Shown piece by piece: positions 57,272-64,000 of a stretch of DNA of 64,000 nucleotides. The translations under genes and the position numbers were made by a program. Positions within the stretch are counted from its first letter, which is position 1. Each line of letters begins with the position of its first letter. A model generated the notes under the pieces. It made no database searches, had not been told where the DNA came from, and saw only the letters and a program-made list of their open reading frames with translations. Where the stretch lies: the NCBI GenBank assembly GCA_016204695.1, contig JACQKD010000009.1, positions 11,710 through 75,709 of the forward strand, read 5' to 3'. This stretch comes from Candidatus Kaiserbacteria bacterium. GTDB taxonomy: Bacteria; Patescibacteriota; Minisyncoccia; Phycocordibacterales; UBA918.

Positions 57272-58555
57272 ATGTCTACTTTTTTCAGAAAATTGAAGCT
57301 CGCGGTTACCGACACGGCGATTCGCAATCGGATCTTGTTCGTACTCGGAGGACTGTTTGTCTTTCGGGCGCTTTCCGCAGTGCCGGTGCCCGGCATCGAC
57401 TCCACGCAACTCGAGCAATTTCTGCTCCAAAATCAGGCGGTCGGCAACCTCTTGGGTTTTTTTAATATTTTTTCCGGTGGCGGTCTCAAAAATCTTTCCA
57501 TCATCATGCTGGGCGTCAGTCCCTACATCACCGCATCGATTACGATGCAGCTTCTGACCGTCATGTCGCCCCAACTGAAAGCGATGCATACGGAAGAAGG
57601 GGAGACGGGACGGCACCGCTTTACGCAATACACGCGCCTCCTTGCTCTGCCGCTTGGCGTCTTGCAAGGCTTCGGTTTTTTGACGCTCCTGCAAAATCAA
57701 GGAGTCGTCAGCGGGCTCTCCACATTTGATTTCATGGCAAGCCTGATCGTGATCGTCGCGGGCTCCCTGCTCTTGATGTGGATCGGCGAGCTTCTCACCG
57801 AATTCGGCATCGGCAACGGCGTATCCATCATCATTTTTGCCGGCATCGTCGCCGGCCTGCCGAACGCCATTAGCCAGTTACTCTTTACCTTCGACGTTTC
57901 CCAACTGCCGTTGTATCTCGGGTTCCTTGCCGCCGCGCTCGTTGTGATCTACGGCGTCGTGATCATGACGGAAGCGGAACGGTCCGTGCCGATCACACAC
58001 GCCAAACAGGTGCGCGGCGGCAAGACCTACGGCGGCGTCTCGTCATACCTGCCGCTCCGCATCAACCAGGCCGGCGTCATTCCGATCATTTTTGCCGGCT
58101 CGGTCCTCCTCTTCCCACAGATGATCCTGCAGGCGCTTTCCGGTCTTGAGGCGGCGTGGGTCGTGCGTGCATCGGATATCGTACTTGCGTTTCTTGCAAA
58201 CCAGCTCTGGTATGGCGTCCTCTACTTCATACTGGTCTTCCTCTTCACGTATTTCTATACCGCAGTGACGTTCGATCCTGATGCGATCTCGAAAAATCTC
58301 CAACGAAGCGGTGCGTTTATTCCCGGAGTGCGTCCCGGTCTGCACACTGCCGAGTATCTCGGCTCGGTCATTACGCGGCTCACACTCGTCGGCGCGCTTT
58401 TCTTGGGCATCATTGCGATTCTGCCGCTTCTCATGCAAGCGGCGACCGGCTTCACCATGCTCGCGCTCGGCGGTACCGCGCTCCTCATCGTCGTCTCCGT
58501 TGTCCTCGAGCTCATCCGCCGCATCGACTCCCAGCTTTCCCTGCGGGAGTACTAA
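57272..58555 (+). CDS. secY: Preprotein translocase subunit SecY
   Basis: LGVSPYITASI, GIGNGVSIIIFAGI, AGVIPIIFA, FIPGVRPG, GGTALLIVV. Confidence 0.98.
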   Translation: MSTFFRKLKLAVTDTAIRNRILFVLGGLFVFRALSAVPVPGIDSTQLEQFLLQNQAVGNLLGFFNIFSGGGLKNLSIIMLGVSPYITASITMQLLTVMSPQLKAMHTEEGETGRHRFTQYTRLLALPLGVLQGFGFLTLLQNQGVVSGLSTFDFMASLIVIVAGSLLLMWIGELLTEFGIGNGVSIIIFAGIVAGLPNAISQLLFTFDVSQLPLYLGFLAAALVVIYGVVIMTEAERSVPITHAKQVRGGKTYGGVSSYLPLRINQAGVIPIIFAGSVLLFPQMILQALSGLEAAWVVRASDIVLAFLANQLWYGVLYFILVFLFTYFYTAVTFDPDAISKNLQRSGAFIPGVRPGLHTAEYLGSVITRLTLVGALFLGIIAILPLLMQAATGFTMLALGGTALLIVVSVVLELIRRIDSQLSLREY

Positions 58556-58579
58556 AATATTCCAATACGATAACTAACT

Positions 58580-58605
58580 AACCCCCTTGGAATCCCAAGG
58601 GGGTT
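58580..58605. terminator. Hairpin between secY and the convergent methyltransferase
   Basis: AACCCCCTTGG-AATC-CCAAGGGGGTT. Confidence 0.7.
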
Positions 58606-58613
58606 TGCGGTTA

Positions 58614-59333
58614 CTAGTGCCGATCGTTCCCGTGTCGTATTCCGGTGTACAAGGCCTCCATACCCCATCTGCGATGGCGTTTAACCTCGTGACAGTGGGC
58701 TTCTTTGGTGAGGAGGAATACCTGTTCGGACTCGATAAAGCGTCTCCCATTATCTTCCAGATAATGGGCTCTCCATTCTTCCTCTAATTCCCAGTGAGGA
58801 GTCCCTCGAAAGACAGCCAACGCTTCCATCTGTGCATCGAAAGACGCCTGGTGCTGGACAGGATCGTCCTGAGCAATCTTGTCTGCGCTTACCACGAAAC
58901 CGCCTTGACGCACGATCCTCCCAATCTCTCGGAATGCATTCCTTCGGTACGGGGAGTCCTCATTGTGGAGACAGAAGACCGTAACCACCGCATCAAAAGA
59001 GATGTCATCCTGTCTGGCGAGAAAATAGCACGCATCTGCCTCAACAAACGTGACATTTTTATGCCCTCTCAAGGCGTTCTTTGCTTGGTCGAGCATAGTA
59101 CTGTATTTGTCCACTGCGGTAATGTGCACGTTTGGAACGTGCTGTAGCAGGGCACGGGTGGTAAGACCCGTGCCGCAACCGATTTCCAGAATGGAGATTG
59201 GCCGATTATTGGCATGGGTAGCTACCAGGCGAGCGACCTCTTCCTGCACCTCGTTGTAATGAGGTATGGCCATGAGGAGAAGGTCGTATTCAGTACCGAT
59301 CTGACCACCGTCAAAACCTGACTTTCCAGGCAT
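58614..59333 (-). CDS. Class I SAM-dependent methyltransferase (CmoA-like)
   Basis: ILEIGCGTG, AVD..MLDQA, FDAVVTVFCLHN; SD AGGAGG. Confidence 0.88.
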   Translation of the reverse strand: MPGKSGFDGGQIGTEYDLLLMAIPHYNEVQEEVARLVATHANNRPISILEIGCGTGLTTRALLQHVPNVHITAVDKYSTMLDQAKNALRGHKNVTFVEADACYFLARQDDISFDAVVTVFCLHNEDSPYRRNAFREIGRIVRQGGFVVSADKIAQDDPVQHQASFDAQMEALAVFRGTPHWELEEEWRAHYLEDNGRRFIESEQVFLLTKEAHCHEVKRHRRWGMEALYTGIRHGNDRH

Positions 59334-59501
59334 AAGATTTCCTCCTGCCTTTGGGCAAACAACTCGGTTATTACTCCTTACAAAACTGTGCTTTATAGTC
59401 TGATTTACATCAACTTTAGATCCAGAAAATAGCAAATATATGTTTTATTTAATATATAAAAGTCTGTTGACATGCTTTCAACAAATTGGTAGGTTTTAGG
59501 T

Positions 59502-60257
59502 ATGTTTGAGGAAGATTTCGGGAAATTGGGACTTAATGAGAATGAACAGGAGGTGTATCTCGCGGTTCTAAAGGCTGGAAAGGTGTCTCCCCAGAGGGTG
59601 GCAAAGCTTACGGGTGTCAATCGCACCACGGTCTACAGCATCGTCCGCAAGCTCGCGGGGCTTGGCCTCCTCCATGAGGATTTAGGGTCGAAGGTACAGT
59701 ATCTCTCCGCAGAATCGCCGGAGGCGTTCGGACGGCTGATCGATCGCGAACAGCGCGCCGTCGAGGAGAAGAAAAAGGCCGCGCGGCGTCTCACCGAAGA
59801 GCTTGCGGCGTTCGGCGCGGGCAAGCATTATTCGGTGCCGCGGATCAAGTTTGTCGAAGAGCGGGATCTCTCCGACTATCTCTACCAGCGCTATCCGGCG
59901 TGGGCCGAGAGCGGCGCGCGGCGAGACAATACGTGGTGGGGCTACCATGACCACTCCTGCACGGAGACGTACGGACAGTGGATCGACTGGAGTTGGAAAC
60001 AGCCGCCGCGCGGTGTCTCGGTACGGTTCTTCACGAACGCGGCCGACAGCGAGCGGAAGATGAAGGAGAAGCATCCGGACCGTCTCGTGAAAGTTCTTTC
60101 CGATTCGAAGGACTTTGATTCAAGTATGTGGGTGATCGGCGACTACACCATCATGGTGCAGACGCGGGAACGCCCGCATTATCTCGTCGAAATTCACGAC
60201 TCCGTTTTTTCGCGAAATCAGCGACAGCTTTTCAAAACGCTTTGGGAGAAGGACTGA
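59502..60257 (+). CDS. TrmB-family HTH transcriptional regulator
   Basis: LGLNENEQEVYLAVL..VAKLTGVNRTTVY..L..LGL; TTGACA-17-TAGGTT ending 6 nt before the ATG. Confidence 0.88.
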   Translation: MFEEDFGKLGLNENEQEVYLAVLKAGKVSPQRVAKLTGVNRTTVYSIVRKLAGLGLLHEDLGSKVQYLSAESPEAFGRLIDREQRAVEEKKKAARRLTEELAAFGAGKHYSVPRIKFVEERDLSDYLYQRYPAWAESGARRDNTWWGYHDHSCTETYGQWIDWSWKQPPRGVSVRFFTNAADSERKMKEKHPDRLVKVLSDSKDFDSSMWVIGDYTIMVQTRERPHYLVEIHDSVFSRNQRQLFKTLWEKD

Positions 60258-60308
60258 TTCCGGGCGCTCCACTTTCGCGACACTGAAGAAACTGCTATTC
60301 TAGGCGGT

Positions 60309-60908
60309 ATGGCGGATCACGATTTCACCGGGCATCTCATCGTCTTTGTCGGCACGCCGGGAAGCGGAAAGGGGGTATTGCGCGAATATGTTCGCGAGGT
60401 CTTTCCGCAGTTGCATTTTGCGGTGTCGTGCACGACACGGACTCGGCGCCCGGGAGAAATTGACGGCAAGGATTATTTTTTTATCACAAAAGAAGAATTT
60501 CAAAAACGGATCGACGAGGGAGCGTTTCTCGAGTGGATCGAACAGGACGGCGGCAATATGTACGGGACACTGAAGTCCGAGATTCTCGAGCCGCTTGCTC
60601 GCGGAGAAGTTGTCGTTCGCGAAGTGGAGGTGCGCGGCGTAGAGGCGATCAGGAACATTGTCCCCGCCGAGAACCGCACCATTATCTTTATTGAAGCGGA
60701 TACGTGGGACATACTGCAGAGACGCATACAGGAGCGCGCGCCCATTTCACCCGAGGAACTCGAAAAACGCAGAGAGCGGTATGAACGCGAGCGGCTTTTT
60801 ATGCCCTCAGCGGACATTGTGGTGCACAATTACGACGGCAAGCTCGACGATGCACAGCGCGAGCTCAAAGATGCGATAGCGGGCATACTTGAGAAAGTTG
60901 TGCAATAA
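60309..60908 (+). CDS. gmk: Guanylate kinase
   Basis: GTPGSGKG, VSCTTRTRRPGEIDGKDYFF, YGT. Confidence 0.94.
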   Translation: MADHDFTGHLIVFVGTPGSGKGVLREYVREVFPQLHFAVSCTTRTRRPGEIDGKDYFFITKEEFQKRIDEGAFLEWIEQDGGNMYGTLKSEILEPLARGEVVVREVEVRGVEAIRNIVPAENRTIIFIEADTWDILQRRIQERAPISPEELEKRRERYERERLFMPSADIVVHNYDGKLDDAQRELKDAIAGILEKVVQ

Positions 60909-60923
60909 TACCGGCGCATAACC

Positions 60924-61529
60924 ATGTCTCCATACACCATCATCTTCATCGGGCCGCAGGGAAGCGGCAAAGGGACGCAGATCGAGAGACTCGACGCGGC
61001 ACTGCGCGTGCGCCATCCGACCGACCGGATCGTCACACTGCAGACCGGGCGCCTCTTTCGCGCGCTTGCGCACAAGCAAGTCAACTACACCGAACGGCAC
61101 GTCAGCGAGACGATCGACACCGGCATCCTCCAGCCGCACTTTCTCACCGTCGTGCTTTGGGGGGAGGTGCTCGTGAGTCAGCTTGATCCGACTTCGCACC
61201 TGCTCATCGACGGCGTACCGCGCACGCTTGAGCAGGCGCACTTGCTCGACGAAGCATTTCGCTTTTACAACCGCGGTACGTTGACCATCGTCAATCTCGT
61301 CGCTTCGGACGACGTGGTGCGTGAACGTATGCAAGGTCGTGCTCGTCCCGATGATACGCCGGAGGCGATCGAAGAGCGCCTGCGCGCCTACCACACGGAC
61401 ACCGTTCCGGTGCTCGATTTCTACCGCGCCCGTCCCGATACGGTCGTGCTCGACATCGACGGTACGAAATCCGTCGAAGAAATACACGATGCGATTCTCG
61501 AAGGTATCGGATCATCCCGCAAACAATGA
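60924..61529 (+). CDS. adk: Adenylate kinase (short LID)
   Basis: IGPQGSGKGTQ, TGRLFR, IDGVPRTLEQA, GRARPDD; precedes map. Confidence 0.88.
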   Translation: MSPYTIIFIGPQGSGKGTQIERLDAALRVRHPTDRIVTLQTGRLFRALAHKQVNYTERHVSETIDTGILQPHFLTVVLWGEVLVSQLDPTSHLLIDGVPRTLEQAHLLDEAFRFYNRGTLTIVNLVASDDVVRERMQGRARPDDTPEAIEERLRAYHTDTVPVLDFYRARPDTVVLDIDGTKSVEEIHDAILEGIGSSRKQ

Positions 61530-62302
61530 TCAAGCTGAAGACACACGAAGAGGTCGTCTCCTTGCGAAAGGGCGGTCGCATACTCGCGCGCATTCTCGAC
61601 GAGCTCTCCCTCCTTGTCGCGCCCGGCGTCTCGACCGAAGAGCTTAATGACGAGGCGCTTGAAAAAATAGAACGCGCCGGAGCGGAGCCGGTGCTCCTCG
61701 GGTATCATCCAGAGTTTGCGCCGCGTCCGTATCCCGCGGCCATCTGTACGTCCATCAACGATGTGGTGGTACATGGCATTCCGAACGAACCGTCTGTCGT
61801 GTTACAGGAAGGCGACGTTGTCGGGATTGATTTGTCCATCGGGTATGAAGGCATGATCGTGGACTCGGCGCGCACGGTGCCGGTGGGGCTTGTGAATCCC
61901 GAAGTGCAGAAGCTCATCAACATCACCAAAGAAGCGCTCGCGGTCGGCATCAAAGCGGCGAAGGCTGGCGGGCATGTCGGCGATATCGGTGCGGCGATAG
62001 AATCATTCGTGCGTCCGCATCACTACGGTATTGTGGAAGAACTCTGCGGCCACGGCGTGGGGTACGCGGTGCACGAAGAGCCGATGGTGCAAAATGTCGG
62101 GACGCGGGGCACGGGTCCCGAACTCGAGCCCGGACTCGTGCTCGCCATCGAGCCGATGCTCACGCTCGGGGACTATAACGTGACCTTTGACAAAAAAGAC
62201 GGCTACACCGTCCGCACCAAAGACGGCTCCGTCAGTGCGCACTTCGAGCACACCATCGTCATCACCGAAAACGGCCCGGAAATTTTAACAGCTTCACGGT
62301 AA
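61526..62302 (+). CDS. map: Type I methionine aminopeptidase
   Basis: CTSINDVVVHGIP, DSART, GHGVG..HEEP, AIEPM, SAHFEHT. Confidence 0.97.
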   Translation: MIKLKTHEEVVSLRKGGRILARILDELSLLVAPGVSTEELNDEALEKIERAGAEPVLLGYHPEFAPRPYPAAICTSINDVVVHGIPNEPSVVLQEGDVVGIDLSIGYEGMIVDSARTVPVGLVNPEVQKLINITKEALAVGIKAAKAGGHVGDIGAAIESFVRPHHYGIVEELCGHGVGYAVHEEPMVQNVGTRGTGPELEPGLVLAIEPMLTLGDYNVTFDKKDGYTVRTKDGSVSAHFEHTIVITENGPEILTASR

Positions 62303-62321
62303 CTCGTATCTAATCTCATAC

Positions 62322-63167
62322 ATGAAATCTTTTCTATACAACTTTGCACGCCTCATCATACTCGTCGTAGCGATCATCGGTACGTTTACCGTATGTCTTA
62401 CGATATGGGGAGTATGGTATGACGAGTGGAGCGGATACAGCGCGAGCGTCGCCGTAAGCGACGGCTCATGCAATATCGCCGTTGCTCCCGTGATGGGGGA
62501 CATCGTTACCGTCCCGTACGCGAGCAACCCGGAGGATCCTGCCGCAGGAGGCGGTGCCAATGTCGATGCGGTACTCGCCTATTTGCGCCAAGCGGAAAAT
62601 GACCCGTACATAGAGGGCATTCTTGTTCGCATCGACTCGTACGGCGGCATGCCTGCTGGCTCGGAGATGATCGCAAATGCGGTTAAAAATTCCGCGCTTC
62701 CCAGTGTCGGACTTATCCGAGAGGCGGGTACCTCCGGCGGATATTTGATTGCCACGGGAGCCGATGTTGTCATCGCTTCGCCGTTTTCTGATGTGGGCAG
62801 TATTGGCATGACCATGTCATATGTGGAGAACTGGGAGCAAAACGAACGGGACGGACTACGGTACGTCCCACTCGCATCGGCGGAGTTCAAAGACTATGGT
62901 GACCCGAACAAACCACTTACCTCTGCGGAGCACGCCCTCATTGAACGCGACCTCAAGATTTACCACGAGCAATTCGTGAAGGAAGTCGCGGAGAATCGCA
63001 ATCTGCCGATTGAAGAAGTCGCAAAGCTCGCCGACGGCTCCTCGATGCCGGGAAGTCTCGCGCTTGAACATAAACTCGTCGATGTACTCGGCGACCAAGA
63101 GACAGCCAGAACGTGGTTTGCGGAACAGCTCGGTATCCCACCGGAGGAGGTGGTATTTTGCGAGTGA
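62322..63167 (+). CDS. S49 family signal peptide peptidase (SppA-like)
   Basis: RIDSYGG, TSGGYLIA, VGSIG, FKDYG, FVKEVAENR, LVDVLG. Confidence 0.9.
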   Translation: MKSFLYNFARLIILVVAIIGTFTVCLTIWGVWYDEWSGYSASVAVSDGSCNIAVAPVMGDIVTVPYASNPEDPAAGGGANVDAVLAYLRQAENDPYIEGILVRIDSYGGMPAGSEMIANAVKNSALPSVGLIREAGTSGGYLIATGADVVIASPFSDVGSIGMTMSYVENWEQNERDGLRYVPLASAEFKDYGDPNKPLTSAEHALIERDLKIYHEQFVKEVAENRNLPIEEVAKLADGSSMPGSLALEHKLVDVLGDQETARTWFAEQLGIPPEEVVFCE

Positions 63168-63218
63168 GGCGGAGCCTATTGAATGAGGCCGTTTTTTGTA
63201 CTATACTCGGCCATAATT

Positions 63219-63839
63219 ATGGAAACACCGACACAGAAGCGCGAAATGCACAAGGAGCGGACGCTTGTGATTATCAAACCCGACGGGGTCCAGCGGGGGC
63301 TCGTCGGCGAGATTATTCGCCGCTATGAGCGTACGGGGCTGAAATTCGTCGCGTTCAAATTTCTCGTGCCGACTCGGGAACAATGTCTTGTCCACTACAA
63401 CAAAGACGACGCGTGGCTTTTGCGGAAGGGCCAGCGGTTTATTGAAGATCTCAAAGCGGAGGGTATGCCCGTCGAAAAGGACGCGATGGAATACGGTAAG
63501 GGTATTATCGACACGGTCATCAAGTTCATGATGGCGGGGCCCGTGCTTGCGATGGTGATCGAAGGCAATCAGTCCGTTGCGATCGTGACCAAGATTACAG
63601 GTACGACCGAGCCTTCCACGTCGGATGTCGGGACGATCCGCGGAGATCTTACGGTGGATTCATACAGCCACTCGGCCGCACAGAATCGTTCGGTGCGCAA
63701 TCTCATCCACTGCTCCGACTCGCCCGAGGAGGCGGAACGCGAAATGCAAGTCTGGTTCAAACCGGAAGAATTGATCAATTACCGCACGACGCACGAGCGG
63801 ATACTCTACGACGTGGACCTTGACGGGATTTTCGAATAA
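63219..63839 (+). CDS. ndk: Nucleoside diphosphate kinase
   Basis: ERTLVIIKPDGVQRGLVGEII, GTIRGD, NLIHCSDS. Confidence 0.96.
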   Translation: METPTQKREMHKERTLVIIKPDGVQRGLVGEIIRRYERTGLKFVAFKFLVPTREQCLVHYNKDDAWLLRKGQRFIEDLKAEGMPVEKDAMEYGKGIIDTVIKFMMAGPVLAMVIEGNQSVAIVTKITGTTEPSTSDVGTIRGDLTVDSYSHSAAQNRSVRNLIHCSDSPEEAEREMQVWFKPEELINYRTTHERILYDVDLDGIFE

Positions 63840-64000
63840 CCCCCTTGGCACCTTTTTTGGGAGTGGTATGCTATAGACGAGGGTTGCTGAATGCATGTTT
63901 CTCTTAACGCATTACCCAGGGAGTTCAAACTCACAATGTGCCAATGAGAACCAGTCGTGGATTTCAGCAGCAATTGGATAGAACACCCACCTAGTCTGTA

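Noticed and set aside
1-64000. tRNA/rRNA genes and alternative genetic code 25
   Set aside because: No cloverleaf or rRNA-like stretch was found in intergenic regions; conserved genes such as pcrA, rpsJ and virB4 end at TGA and have no internal TGA.

Overview
Origin-proximal 64 kb of a small-genome bacterium that looks like Patescibacteria/CPR (Parcubacteria-like). The placement is inferred from: no rpmD between rpsE and rplO, no yidD, a short YebC, little Shine-Dalgarno use in core genes, and standard genetic code 11. Contents in order: a LysM-M23 peptidase; pcrA and rsmA; a co-oriented chromosomal type IV secretion-like cluster (VirB6-like, PrgI, TraC-like, VirB4, VirB2-like pilin, no relaxase or integrase); yidC-rnpA-rpmH/dnaA-oriC-dnaN; PBP1, tyrS, ruvC, yebC, ruvB; then a tuf-S10-spc ribosomal superoperon broken by four inserts. 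The inserts carry a FIST/receiver/kinase module; an ~11.7 kb island with an LCAT-like lipase plus two paralogous membrane proteins, NurA-HerA, an orphan DruA-like gene and a Panacea/RelE-like pair; a lone membrane gene; and a methyltransferase/TrmB pair. The most unusual signal is a ~100-nt structured repeat in two diverged copies with compensatory stem changes. One copy is an in-frame 32-codon insertion in a YbaK-family gene. The other lies inside a 228-bp element with perfect 21-bp terminal inverted repeats that appears to supply part of the ruvC promoter. No tRNA, rRNA or CRISPR array was seen. All calls come from motif recognition by eye; no searches were run.
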